64,000 nucleotides of DNA from Hamiltosporidium tvaerminnensis FI-OER-3-3 (taxonomy: Eukaryota > Fungi > Microsporidia): positions 124,001 to 188,000 of the forward strand of contig CM061250.1 in the NCBI GenBank assembly GCA_022605425.2, written 5' to 3'. A model generated the notes under the pieces. It was given only the letters and a program-made list of their open reading frames with translations, was not told the DNA's origin and made no database searches. A program made the translations under genes and the position numbers. Numbering within the stretch: the stretch's first letter is position 1; each line of letters begins with the position of its first letter. This document shows positions 12,501-26,364 of this stretch, piece after piece.

Positions 12501-15500
12501 GTTAATAATATATATAGAAAATCTTTATAAAAAAACATGAACAGATAATAGAAATTTAATTTGATTGAGTCACCCTACTGCTTTTGAATGTAAATTTTAG
12601 AAGTCCTTCCATGACGATATAGCACACGTTTTCTTAAGTTTTCTTTTGACTTTCAGCAAAGTTTTTTAAAATTTTTTCAATGAATTCGATATTATGTTTT
12701 AAATAAATTTAACAGAAACACCTGTAGTCTTTTATAGTTATGTCAAAAGGGAATAATTATAGGTCGAATGTACAATATATATAAGTATAGAATATTCTAT
12801 GTTAAAATTTGATTACGAACAGCTTGTAAATTATATTTAGAGTATAAGCAAGCTATAAAGTTTTTTCTTTGAGTATAACTATTTTTTTATAAACTATATT
12901 TTAAATTTCTTTTTTAACTAATCTTCTAAACTACTTAGTTATATAGTTACATAATACTGGATAAATAATATTTTAGTTGTATAATGACCTTGATACATAA
13001 TAATAATGCAATCGGTAAAAATATATTACAGAAACAAAGAAAATATGCAAATCTTTATAAAAAAAGCTAAAATCGAACCTTTATTATGGTTAACAAAAAT
13101 GTATGAAGGTTTTATAAGCGCCAATATAAATAACATGAGCATATATAGCCTAAAAAATGATTTAATGCAATTTTATAACCATACAAATATTTCTTGCTTG
13201 ACAATCTATCGTGTTTAGCACTAATACTTTTTCTTTTTTTGATTAAACTGAATAAATCAAAACAATTTTAATTGATATATTTTTCATTCTCCAGATATAA
13301 CTAATGTTTCTACGCTAATGCAATAAATATAATTCTGCCGATAAAATATATCCATGAATTTCTCACGATAATTAAAGGTTAATTCGTTTTAATATGTAAC
13401 TTATCTCGTTAGGATATACTATATTACTGATACTCGACAATTTTATATTTCTAAAAGATTTTTTTATTGTAAGTATATATCTTTGGCTTGTATGCAGTAT
13501 TATTTTCTAAAAAAAACAAGCTCTCTGTATTCCTTACTATAAGATAAGGCTAATTTTTTAACTATATCGCTAATATTATAATCCTTTAATATGCATTCAT
13601 TTACCCTGGGATGTTTTTATGCTTATTGATTATTCCGACAACACATTGTTTAATTTTTTCAATTTAATCTGTTGTCTAATATTAATATAACTCTGATGTT
13701 TTGTGTATTCTTGATAGTTATTACAGTTTTAAAAAAAGCTTTTTATGAATAAGAATTGATATTTAATGTTCTTACCGGGCCGTAGTTAGATTTTTGATAC
13801 TTGTTAATTCCATTTTTTTAATATAAAATCCAAGCTTCTTATAATATATTTATAACTCTAAAAGTTCTATATTGTCTTTGTATCATTCAAAAACTAATTT
13901 TCAATATTTTTTGACATCGAGGAAGTCTTTAATTTATAACTCTATAATGGCTGTCACAAAGCTTTCGTTTATTCTGCATGATTTTTTTATGTTTGAAACT
14001 CTAATTTTAAATATTATCAAGTATTGTAATCAAATTGATTCGAAATATCGTTAGTTCGTATTTTTAATTTAACGCTTTGGCAGATATAGACAACTTGATG
14101 TTCTTTTTTTACTCAGCAAAATTTTTTTTTCGAATTAATAAATTTTATGTTAATACTTGGTATAGGATGAGAGAAAAATATGGTTTTGAATACTATCTTT
14201 AATTTTGAAGTCTAAAGTTTTGCAAATAAGTAATATTTTTTACAAATCCATTTTAGTCTTTATAATACATTTATGAAAAGTATCTATTCCGTACAATATT
14301 AAAAATTTATTAAAATTTGGATAAAATATAATCAGAATATATTTTTTTCTACATGCTGATAGATTATATCTAGATTTTCTGTTAAATAAAAATTCTTAAG
14401 TTGCTATTTTTTTTTAGTTATATAGTTTTGAAATGAGTGCGACAATTTTTGAGCTTAGTATATTAACTTCCCTAGACTAGATTCCTCAATAAGCAAAATG
14501 CATATGTGTAATATTCTAACATACTAGAACTCGGTTTAAAAGAACTTTCGCTATGCATTATAACATATTTTTTAAGAGAAAACGCGGAAGGAGCTTTCTA
14601 CTTTTTCATATCCAACAAATATACTATTTTGTATCTTAGTCTATTTCTAAGGAAATGAAATAAATATTTTAATAGGCTGAGCTGACTATTTTATTTATAA
14701 CTTCTTGAAATCATTACTGCAAATGCCTCGTATATAACCGTGGTTTAAATCGTTTTAAATTTTTGATATGACAGATCGACCAGAGGAAGCTTAATGAAAA
14801 TATTAAGTCTACAAAAATTGAAATCATTTATTCGGAATTTGGAGTGTAAAGTAAAACAATCTGTCTTAATTTACGCAATTATATCTATGAATATCAATTT
14901 TCATACTCATTTCTCGGGAATTTGCTTTTATAAATTTTAACTTTTTATTTCACTATAAAGTCAATGTATGTTAAAAGATCTTATAAAAATAACATTTTAA
15001 GAATCTAAAAGATTAGTAAGTTTTTAAAAAAAATTACTCATTCTTAAAAAAAAAATATCTAATTTCTTAAATGACTTTCCGGTTTTATATGAAGATTGAG
15101 TAAAACATGGTGAATCATACTATTTCTGCTAAGTAGTTTTTTAAAATATTCAGTTCAAATGTTGGCAAATTTAAGTTTCTTTTGCCTTTTATAATTTAGT
15201 TTATGTATGAATTACCAATAAATTTGTTTGAGAATGAATCAGACTAAATTTGTACAACTGGAACTAAATAAAAGAATTATTTAAATCTGGAAAATATTAA
15301 ATATTTTTTAAAATTGTACATTCAAATTACTTTTCCGAGATTATAATTACTTTTTGAATTCGCTTTGAATATATAGGAGATTAAACACAAAGCAGAAAAT
15401 ATATCAACTAAAATGTGAATTTTTTTTAGCTTTGTTTTGACCCAAGATTTTATAGCAAAACCCAAAATGTTAGTTCACAAATAACATAGATAAGTCTTAA

Positions 15501-17576
15501 AAATATATCTAGATAATTATAAGGAACAATTTTACATAAGAATTGTACTTTAAAGCTTCAATTCAAATTTGTGTTTCCGCAAACTAAATAATTTGTGATT
15601 AACTTTTTTCTAATGTAGCATTCGAAATATTTGGGTAAAAACCTTTCTTCAGCGGAAAATATACATCGAAAATCTATAAATTTATTTAGTGAATACTTAT
15701 TAAATAGAGAATGTTGAAAACAGATGTGCAAGTTTTGCATCAAACTTGGGATTTAGAAAATCTTGATCAAAAATATTGAGCTAAAAGAATACTACAAACA
15801 TAAAACTTATAGACAGTGCAGATAATTCAAATAGACATTTGGACTAAATACTAAAAGCTCACCAGAAAATATCAGATTGTAAATAAAATCTGGTATACCC
15901 TTTTGTATCTGAAATAGCTTTTGCCTCTTTAAACATGCCATTTCTAAAATTTACAAAATTCTATGCATGTTTGCCGATTATATTGTGTTTTGGAGTTTTT
16001 TAAGGTGGCTAAAAACTGAGTGGCTAAGTTTCTCTTTGCATATTAAAACAATAGTTAGATTGATTTGAAAAACATAGGCTGATTGCGGGAATAAAGGTGA
16101 ATTTAATTTACTATACGATTTATATGGAAAATTATTTTTTTTTAAAAAATTTGACTTTTAGTCTTTGTAAGAATTAAAGTTTTAAGAAACACTAAATTGA
16201 GCATTTGTACATTTAAATTTAAAATACATCGATAAGGTTTTTAGCTGTCTTGTTGAATATTTTAGTTTACATTTCTAAAGCTTGAATTATCGTTCTATTG
16301 TCTTATTTAGGTGAATAAATTTAGATAAAATCTAAAATGATAAAAAAAAATATCTTTTTATACATTTTTTTGTAATTAAAGCACAAAATACCGTGAAAGA
16401 AAATTACTGGACGATTCATAATTACAGAATTTACACATATGATTTGCATGGAATGAATTTGAATATAGCTTGTTTGGATACATATACTTTTCTGGTTTCG
16501 GTTTAGAGATTTACATACAGGCTTGAAAATTATTTTCACAGTCAAATTAAAAGTTATTTACATTGTGTTTCAAAATTAGGTTCTAATTTTCTATTAACTA
16601 TAATCCGTTTTAATGAATTTAAATTTATGTTTTACTATTTGTCTAAAAGCGTTTATTCTTTTTATTAGCATACGAAAAAAAATAAATCTAGTGAATTTAG
16701 AAAAAAAGATTATAGCAAAACAAAGGTATTTCTTAATTGAACGCTTAGGGAATAATGTTTTATTTTTTTACACCCGAAATATGTTTTTGTTTGGTATCTA
16801 CATATGGTAAAAAACTATCTTTTTCAAACAAATTTTAAAATTTAGTAAAATTTCGTAAATAATATCAATATTTTAGAAATCTGCTAATTTCTTTGTGATC
16901 TTTATAGTATAAATCTTCAAATAGCTAAAATAACTTAGCCCGACAATAATTAAACGTTTAAAAGAAACATAATAGTGATTTGTATCGGTAAAATGTAAAT
17001 ATAAGATTTTGATTTTCAATCTCTTACATTCATCTATTTAATTTTGTAAATTTTATTTGTTTATCAATTATATTTTCTATCAAAGCAATTTCAATGTAAA
17101 ATTTATTTTTAAAATTAAACGAATATCTGTTTAAGTTGAGTAGTTTTGAGTTTATTTTTTAATTAAAACCTTAAAAAAGTATATATTACCATGCTTTCTA
17201 TTTCTTAAATATAAACTTTTTTGTAAATTGTTCTTAATTCAGTTCATTTGAAGAGCTAAAACATTTTTTGTACTTATAAAAATCTTAAATAATTGCTATC
17301 AAATTTATATTAACAAATATTGTTTTAAGATCTCATTCAAGCAAAACACTGAGCAATTGGTAGAAAAAAGAAATCATTTACTAAAGTTACACGTAATCAT
17401 TACATATTAAAAGGATTGTTTGTATATGTTTAAATGCTTGCAATATGTTTAATTTTTTTAATAAATTTTTGTTCTAAGGAGTCAGAAAGAAATATCTTTA
17501 TTATGAATTAACACTTTGAAAGATATGAACAGTTTAATATTTTTTATCTAAAAAATATCACATACCAATAAAAATT

Positions 17577-18253
17577 TGTGGTTAGTGTTTATTAATTTCA
17601 TGACATTAACGTAGTTCTATGCTTAACATAAATATCTGCACCCTCCCTCCAACACTCCATTGTTATCGCTTAAGATACCTCATACCAAAACCTTTCATCT
17701 AAAAGATCAACAGAATACAATTAATGGGTGAGGCAGTTGACCGGTGTTCATTAACTTCCGTTGCAGAAGCGTGATCACAGCTCCCCCTAAGCTCCCCTAA
17801 GACTATGCAGCATCCCCAGTTATTCTACACTTTCCGAACTCAATACATTTCTACCCAAGACATATATTTTGGCGACTTACATGAGGTCAACCTAGACAGT
17901 GCAATGCCATTCCAACGGGTATCACCTATTACTTACCTTTCCCGGTTTAAACGGTTTATTCTTTGCCAGGCGATAAGTTTTTTAAGCGGAATAAGTAAAG
18001 CTAGGTTTTTATGCTTTTACTAACAATTATCTATAAATTCGTCTCTGATTTAATTCCATAAAACACTACATAGTAAATTTGCAGGAAATGTTGTGCAATT
18101 TCGGCAACCTTCTTCATATAGAGTCTCACGGAATAACCGAAAATGTAGTGTGATTTTATTCTTATCAAAAAATCCAAACAATGATCTTTGCCTCAATTCC
18201 ACAAACTCATCGCCAAGCAGAAAGTCTTCTATATGGTTATCCTCTTTTCATCA
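17577..18253 (-). mobile_element. ~690-bp dispersed repeat (probable solo LTR), copy 1
   Basis: Colinear similarity to 54128-54823; TGTGG at 17577; flanks aaatt/atatt could be an imperfect TSD. Confidence 0.7.
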
Positions 18254-18374
18254 ATATTTTTATTTAAAATTATTATTTTGCTCGCTTTAGTTTTCAAACG
18301 TATTTTACACAATTTTTTTCAGTATTAATTTCTTAATATATATTCACAAATTATTTTTTTTGAATCCATTTAAA

Positions 18375-18680
18375 ATGGAATTAGAAGAAAACAAAACAGA
18401 GCTCTTTAAAGAATTTATAAAAGTAGCATCTTCTTCAGAAGTTTTAAGATATGCAAGAAAATTAAATAACGAAGAATTAAAATCATTTATTCAAATCATA
18501 GAAGAACGCAACAATGAACTTAAAAATAAGCATTCTAGTCTTCTAGAAAATTTAGAAGTTTCAAGAAATGTAGTTTCGCAATATTTAAAAGTTCTTTGGA
18601 GAAGAGTACCAACAGAAATTCATAAATATTTGGCAGATAAATTTTATTCTATTCATAATGAAATTAATGACAATGCTTAA
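18375..18680 (+). CDS. Small hypothetical coiled-coil protein (~101 aa)
   Basis: ATG at 18375 in an AAAATG context; E/K/L-rich helical composition. Confidence 0.6.
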   Translation: MELEENKTELFKEFIKVASSSEVLRYARKLNNEELKSFIQIIEERNNELKNKHSSLLENLEVSRNVVSQYLKVLWRRVPTEIHKYLADKFYSIHNEINDNA

Positions 18681-19559
18681 AGATTTGTTTTTTTTCCTTT
18701 GCTATTTTAGAAAAATATTTGAAATATACCAAGATAAAATGTTTTATAAAAAATTAACAGGATTTCTTTCATCATAACCTCAGTTAAATTTTAAATTGTA
18801 ACTCCTTTCACTTTTATTTAGTTTTTGTTTAAATTTTAAATTAACTTTTTACGCTACTGCATATATTATTGAATTATAATTTTGAATTCATGATAAAAAC
18901 TTTAAAAATCAAATATTTATAAATTATATTATTGTTTAAATTTTTTTATTTATTATATGAGAAATTAAACCGATTATTTAATTTTTAATACTTATTTATT
19001 CAGATGTATCTTATATTTTGCTTGTTTTCTTCTTTTTTTATATTCGACTTTCAAAGATATTAATTTTTTTATATTGTTATCCTGAGTAACTTTGCAGTCC
19101 CTTTAACTAATACAAATGAGTTAGATATTTTACTTTGAGTTTTCTGCATATTCTTCCTATTTTGTCACTTTATAGGAAAAGATGGAAGTTGTTCAGCCAT
19201 TCAAATCGTTTTATCACACGATATAATGTTTCACCTAATATGTAAACGAAATCAGTTTTAACACATATTTTTATATAAATATAAAATTCTATTCTTATGG
19301 AGTAAAGAGGTTTATTTGTACTCAAAATTTAATATTGAGTTACAATACCATCCTTAGATATTAAAATAAATTTATCAAACACTACATTTATAAATAAGAC
19401 CTAACTCCTTATTCAAGAAGTTAAAATTAAATAATAAAACATTTCAGTATTGATTCAGAGACCGTAGACTTTCTTTTTAATTTTTTTTTTCAAAAGAAGA
19501 ATTTTAATTTATTTAATTTCAAACAAAATATTTAAAAAATTATAAAACATTTCTTTATT

Positions 19560-20135
19560 TTAAGGTCTTACTCCTTTCTTAAGAACAAAAAATGATTTTA
19601 CTACTCTAAGTTTTATATAAGCCACTAAAATATATAAAAGAGCAATAACGAATAGAAAATAAGCTTTAAATTTTGCTTTTTTAAGATTTCTTAAATTTTC
19701 TTCTTTAATTTCTTTTATTCTCATATTTTGATTATAAATATTTCTTAAATCACTTTTAAGTTTTTCTAAAATACTTTTAATATAAGCTGTATCTTCATCT
19801 ACCTCAAATTCTTTATCTACATATGAACCCAACACCATATATATTGGTTCATCATCAGGATTAAATATATCAATAGCATATGGACCAGCACCTGAATATT
19901 TAAGAATAGCACTTCCACGCGTGGCTGTCTTAAAATCTTTATCAGCTAATACCATATTTGGTCTTCTGACACGATAATTCAGAGTTCCTTTAGAAATAAG
20001 ACTCATATCAATTGTTAGTTGTAAATCATCGCTTTTTACTTGTTCGTAAAATGTTTCTGTGGTTTTTGGATCAATAATAATGTAATTTCTCCAACAAAAA
20101 CAATATTCAATAAAAAATAAGAAAAAGAGTTTCAT
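19560..20135 (-). CDS. emp24/gp25L/p24 family cargo receptor (GOLD domain)
   Basis: Signal peptide, GOLD-like beta region, coiled coil, C-terminal TM and FF..KK tail; CCC motif upstream. Confidence 0.75.
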   Translation of the reverse strand: MKLFFLFFIEYCFCWRNYIIIDPKTTETFYEQVKSDDLQLTIDMSLISKGTLNYRVRRPNMVLADKDFKTATRGSAILKYSGAGPYAIDIFNPDDEPIYMVLGSYVDKEFEVDEDTAYIKSILEKLKSDLRNIYNQNMRIKEIKEENLRNLKKAKFKAYFLFVIALLYILVAYIKLRVVKSFFVLKKGVRP

Positions 20136-20499
20136 TTTTTATTTGTGAAGGGTTGTTTTTATAGTTTTAAAATTACATAAGTTCGAAGAATTAAAATAAA
20201 AAAGTGGGGGTTTTAGAAAAGTATTTGTAATATAAATATTTCTTAAGAAACTGAATATATGAAAAACATAAATCGAGGTAAACTTGTATTAAATACGAAT
20301 GATATTTTATCATTTTTGAAAAATATGAGAGCAATATATTTGTAGCACAAAATAAATAAAAAATAGAAACTTAAAGTAAACATAACATGAAATAAATTTG
20401 TATTTAAATAAAATAATTTCTTAATTTTTAGGAATTTATTGATTGAATTTATAAAAATATTTCTGTTTTAATTTTATATTTTTAACAGCTAAATATAAT

Positions 20500-20990
20500 T
20501 TTGACAAATTTTCGGTTAAAACACTGTCATTCTTTTATATATTTTTTTTACCTCTCTAACCACTTTAATTTCCTTTCGTAAATACGACTCTTCGTTAAAT
20601 TTATTTACGGTTTCTTCATCATAAATATAAGGAGGGTTATAACTTGGTTTTAAATATTTCACACCATCTTCTTTGTTTTTCACTTGCTTCAAAGGAAATG
20701 TTAGATGTTTTTGCATCTCAGATCTTTCAATAACAAGTAATACCACTCTTTCTTATTCTATTAGGTATTTTGTCCTTACCCAAGTCCTCTTTATCAATTT
20801 AATGAAATTACTTAGACCGTCTTCTTAAGTACTATTTACTGGATGCATAGCTCTATATTCATGCTATTTGCTGTCTTTTGAGGTATGACTTATGGTATTT
20901 TGTCACATTACGTCGATCTTATCACATAAGGGATTATCTCAACACTACACATATAATTAGGCTCAATTTTAGCCTAAGGGGTCATACTAA
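20500..20990 (-). mobile_element. Decayed 3' fragment of the R4-like non-LTR retrotransposon
   Basis: DNA similarity to 26410-26890 (gggattatctcaacactacac, ggtattttgtcaca). ORF 20516-20746 matches the element's C-terminal tail (RSEMQKH..PLKQ). Confidence 0.75.
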
Positions 20991-21126
20991 AAAAATTAAT
21001 GAAGAATGGAATATTTATTTTATAGGATGAATTTAAAACGCTTGCAGCAGTAATTTAGAATAATATTTTTTTTAACAGTTTCATATTCATAAGAAATAAC
21101 TTGTAATCTAAAACATTGGAAAACAA

Positions 21127-21540
21127 ATGGAGGATGAAATAAAAATACTATTTAAAAGAATAAATATCAACAAAACGGGTAAAATATCTAGAAACGAATT
21201 TAAGGCATTTTTAGAAACTTTGAATCCTAAGGTACCAAATAATGAAATAGAAAAACTAACTCAAAAAATTAAACCAGAAGGAATGAATTATGAACTTTTT
21301 GAAACAATAATGACAAATTTTTTGAAAGAATGTGAAAGTGTAAATGTTGTAGAAGAAGTTTTTAATATTTTTGATAAAGATGGTAATGGTATTATATCAA
21401 GAAATGAATTAAAAGAAACTTTTATATATCTTGGAATTAAAAAAACCGATAAAGAAATTGATAAAATGGTAGAAATAGCTGACATAAATAAGGATGGAGG
21501 TATTTCATTGGAAGAATTTAAGGAAGTTCTAAATAAATAA
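21127..21540 (+). CDS. Calmodulin-like EF-hand protein
   Basis: EF-hand loops DKDGNGIISRNE and DINKDGGISLEE, plus degenerate NINKTGKISRNE; 137 aa. Confidence 0.85.
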   Translation: MEDEIKILFKRININKTGKISRNEFKAFLETLNPKVPNNEIEKLTQKIKPEGMNYELFETIMTNFLKECESVNVVEEVFNIFDKDGNGIISRNELKETFIYLGIKKTDKEIDKMVEIADINKDGGISLEEFKEVLNK

Positions 21541-21646
21541 TTTTATTATAAATTTTTATAGTTTTAGATCAAATAGAGGATAACAAAGAAATATTTATTA
21601 CAAAGAAGTTTAAATAAATAATTTTATTTTAATTTTTTCGCATAAA

Positions 21647-22735
21647 ATGGAAATTCTTGTTGTTGAAACAACTTGTAACAATTTGAAACAAAAAAGTGTT
21701 TCAAAGAAATTAATAGGCAAAAAAGTATTTTTAGAAAGTAAATTAACTAAAGATATACGAATATGTGAATTGTATCAAAAAAATATTTTAAAAAGTTGTG
21801 GTGAATATGAAATAAATGCTGAAACAAAAATAATTTTACATAAATATTCTATTAATAATGAAGAATCTTTTAATGATTATTTTAAAAAATGTAAAATTCC
21901 TAATATGGAATTCGAAAAAATATGGAATCAAATTTTTCTAGAAAATGAAATTAAATTTAAAATTTTGAGCTACTATACTTCTATGTTAAAATTAATTGAA
22001 AAGAAAATTGATCTTTCGCATTTTTGCCTGAATAAAGCCATTCTGATTTATGGACCGCCCGGAACAGGAAAAACTTCATTGGCTAAGTCTATTGCAAATA
22101 AAATATCTATCAGAGATAAAAATTCGTTTTACTTTCTTGAAATCGACTGTAGTTCTATCTTTAGTAAATTTTATGGAGAAGGCCCTAAAATTTTAGATAA
22201 AATATTTATTGAAGTAAATGAACTTTCGATTAAAAATAAGGTTATTCTTTTAATTGATGAAATAGAAAGTCTGATGGTTTCAAGAAATATTACAATGTCT
22301 AAAAACGAGCCACTTGATTCTATTAGAAATGTTAATACATTTCTTGTTTGTTTAGATAAATTAAAAGCTAACAAAAACGTTTTTTGTATTTTTACTACAA
22401 ATCACATAAAATTTTTAGATGAAGCGTTTTTAGATAGACAAGATGTTTGTATTGAAATTGGATTTCCTAATCTAAAAAATGTGTATGAAATTTTAAAAAA
22501 CATTTTTGAAATTCTTATGAAAAAAAATCTTGTAGAATATCATCAGATATTGGGATTTCAAACTGTAATAAATTTAAATGAATTTATAAATGAATAACAC
22601 AAACTTTTATATGATTTAACTAAAAAAATGACGGGTAAAAGTGGGCGATGCATTAGAAAAAAGACATTTGAAGCTATTCTTCATAATGACAATAATTTTA
22701 AATCTATTCTTACATATTTGATAAATTTAATTTGA
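21647..22735 (+). pseudogene. PCH2: Pachytene checkpoint AAA+ ATPase Pch2/TRIP13 with an in-frame TAA at 22595-22597
   Basis: GPPGTGKTSLAKSIANKISIR, SIFSKFYGEG, LIDEIESL, NEPLDSIRNVNTFL. The frame continues past the TAA with GKSGRCIRK (sensor-2 region) to TGA at 22735. Confidence 0.75.
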
Positions 22736-23098
22736 ATTTCACCTTATTTATTTTAAATTCATAAATTGAACTTAATCTATATATTTTTTTGTTTAAAAAA
22801 AATTGTTAATAAAACACGATCAATCAAGGTAAAATTTATCAAATAAATTAATATTTGATAGCGAATTTGATATCGTGATTTTTTTACAGGTTTTTTTGAA
22901 AATTGAACCAGTATTTTTTTAGGTTTAAACAAATAGTTTTTGTAGTTCAAAAAGGAGTATTTATGCCAGTATTTTTGTGGGGATCAGCATATAGTAACCT
23001 CAATTTATTTAAGAATTATACGTAAAGCTCTTTTAATTTGTCTCTTCATTTGATTTTTTTCTACTAAAGTATATATAGACATCAGAAGAGGAAAGGTA

Positions 23099-23269
23099 AT
23101 GGATAAGAAAAAGCTTACAATATTTATTGTTATAGGTGTACTAGTTTTTGTCGGAATCGGAATTACGATTTGGGCTATTGTTGAAAACAAAAATAGTCTG
23201 AGTTTCGGTGGTGGTAGTGCTGCAGATGCAGGAAAGGAAGCAGCAGAAGAGAAGAAAGAAGAGGAGTAA
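23099..23269 (+). CDS. 56-aa single-pass membrane microprotein
   Basis: MDKKKLTIFIVIGVLVFVGIGITIWAIVENKNSLSFGGGSAADAGKEAAEEKKEEE; GC-elevated compared with flanks; below the ORF-track cutoff. Confidence 0.65.
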   Translation: MDKKKLTIFIVIGVLVFVGIGITIWAIVENKNSLSFGGGSAADAGKEAAEEKKEEE

Positions 23270-26200
23270 AATAGCGATAAGTAGAGAAAAAGGTGCAAAG
23301 CCAAAACAATCACTCAACTCGCTTTCTACGTGTATTTATTTTTCCTTAAAATTAAAACAATGTTTCAGTAATTTTTGTCTAATTTAATTACATTTTGACT
23401 AAAAAAAATTTTAAAAGTTTCAATTTTTTTATAAACTAAAGTTCGATTCTTAGAATTACATCTGTTTTTTAAATCTTAAATATTTACTAAAAAATTTACA
23501 ATTCATTTTTGCATTTAATTCCACAGAAAAGAAAACTCAAATGTTTCTTTTTAAAAATTACCGGGATGTATTTAAATTGATTTTTGCCTTTCAATTAAAC
23601 AAAAAGCAAATCGGAATATTTTTTTTATAATTGCTAGGCTTGTATTTATACTAATTTTTAGGTGAAACATAACGACCATATTTTTAATTTCTTTTTTCTT
23701 TTGGAAATTCCTTCATGGGATTCCTTTCACATCTTTATACATGAAACCAAAAGACTAAGCTGAAAGTTAGGGTGTGAAATAAAATTTACGGATTTATTAT
23801 TTAGCTAATCTCTTATGTGATATTTGAATTACTATTGTTGGAATATAAGTCAAAACGATGTTTGGAAGCACCTGATACCAACAGGAATTGAGAAATGCAT
23901 ATTTTCTATCCCAATAGGACATGGATTGGATTATTGCTTTTGATTTTCAAGGAGACATTTTCTGAATCAGATAGCTTTAAGTTATAGAAAAAGAAAGAAG
24001 TGATGGCATATACAGAAATTTTGACTTTAACACTTCATAATAACTCTCTTAAAAGTTTGAGCAAAAAAGAGTCGAATGAATAAAGAGGCAAAATATTTTT
24101 TTTAACCAAGATTTGTTTAAATACTTGACATTTGGGTTTCATATATTGTAGAATGGCGATAATCCAGTAAAGCAAATTAATTGATAAAAAAATACGAGCA
24201 ATAATTTAATATTCAAATAGATTTTTGTAAAATTTCTATTTCTTTGTATCACTAAACTTTCGTCCAATTTATTAAATTATAAATAATATCTAAATCAAAA
24301 CTGTTTTAAATGTATCTTTAAACCTATTATTACTTACCCGGGAAAATCTATAAAGTTTCCTGTTTTTTGATTGATTTAAATCGGAATTTTTTGTCGTCTA
24401 TAAAAATATTTTAGAATAATAACATAAAAATCTGTAAACCCGAGTTAAATTTTAATTTTACACAAAGAAATTAGCAATTCAAAATGATACAGAAAAAAAT
24501 TATATGAAATATACGTAAGGATTAAGGTAGGTTGCATTGTTAAATTCATTAGTTTTAAAAATATGAAATAGTACTTATAAAAAAAACTTTTTAATTTTAC
24601 ATACTTACTAATTCCATTATTCTTTTATCTTTCGGTGTTGAGTATGATCACATAGAATTTGTATAGTTGATTCCTTTAATCTGTTATAACTCGGGATTAC
24701 AAGGGATCTACATATAGTTTCAGTGTGGTTTATATCCTACCAAATCGGCATAAATGATTTTCACACCAATTCTACGGACTCGTTAGCAACCTGATTATTT
24801 TAATGGTTTCATCTTTTGTCCACTTTCGTTTTGATCTAAGATCCGTTATAAGCAGTAATAATAAGAATTCAATACAATAATTACATAAATTGTTAATTTC
24901 GGTCTTTTAATTCTTTTAAACAATTTAAATTGAATTTCAAATTATTCTCTGAAACCTACGTATAAATTCAAAAATTCTTGAAAAAAAAAACAGGAATTAT
25001 GACATTAAAAGTTTATTTTTTACAAAATATTTTTTTCATGGTATATTCTCTTTGTTTTCCGAAATAATTATTCTATATTTTGAGTAAATCCATTAAATTC
25101 TTTGATTTTACTTAAAATATAAAATTACAGTTTAAGCGGTTCTTTGTTTATTATATCTTCCTCGTAAGTGCATTTCTAATCAGGCATGACTCATTCGAAC
25201 ATCCATCTTATTTGTAGAATTATATATCGAGTCACATTTTTTAGGCTTTTACCTAAATTTTGTCTTTTCTTTATTGTACACACATAGATCAAAAGAAAAA
25301 GAAAATCTTTGAAGTATTATCGATTCAAAATATGCTCGTTTCTTGTAAATTTTTGAGCCACATTTCATTTATATTATAGAATTTCTAGACAAAATACCTG
25401 AATGTTATAATCTAAGAAATTATTTCCACACTACGCTTATAAATAAGATTTTTCTCATTAGAAAACGAATTAAACTTCCCTATTCTTCCATTTAAATATT
25501 GTGAACAATCCCGCAATAAATTATGGCTTAAATAAAGGCTATCATATTTTATTTTAAATATAAAATACATATCATCATTAATTTTGTTACAAATCTTAGT
25601 TTATTTATTCTTTTATAGTCCCAGCATCTTCTTAGATATTTTCAAAGGTTTCTCTATAACGTATATTATAATTTGTAAAGATTATCAATTGTATATGTTT
25701 AATAATTTTAAACATCATTTAAAACTAAAAATCATTTATATTTCTTGCTATAAATATATTTAAAATAAACTATTTTGTTACTCAATATGATGTTTAAAAT
25801 TAATATAAATATTTTTTTACCTCCTATTTCTGGTATTCCATTAGTCTAGTGCACTGGCAGAGGAAGGTATCATCAATGGGCTGGTTCTTAGAATAAAGAA
25901 TTTGAGCTCACAAAATCGAAATGTATTTCTTTTAAATACACTTTAATCCTTCTTCAGAACAAGGATTGTGTTAGATTGAAAACCGTTTAAAAGGAAAATT
26001 TCTAGAGACAGTCAAATATAAGAAAAAATAGCAAATCTACGATATACTCTTAAATAGTGTTATACCCCGAGAGTAAAACAATCCTTGGAGAAAGAAACTC
26101 TATTTAGTGTTTCATTGATTTCAGTTTTAAAATATTTTAAAATTTCTTAAATTAAAATTTATCATTATTATTACTTCATAAATCTTTAAAATAATTCTAA

Positions 26201-26364
26201 ATTTCCTATCTTCTCAATATACCCTTTGAAACTACTAATATGATTCTTTATAAATTTATTATTATTACTTCATTTTCTTAAAATAAACAGTTTTACTTTT
26301 AAAGAAACATTTTATTATTTCGTTTATTAAATCGAATTTTAAAGAAATTCATTGATAACGTAAA

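Noticed and set aside
9811-16810. Short 60-75-aa ORFs in the AT-rich desert
   Set aside because: F/I/L/K/N-biased chance ORFs with no motifs; old pseudogenes may be present but I cannot support any call
23005-23313. Minus-strand 102-aa ORF
   Set aside because: Non-ATG start; the + strand 56-aa ORF explains the composition better
24690-24850. Faint resemblance to the RLE retrotransposon C-terminus on the minus strand
   Set aside because: Too degenerate to support by eye
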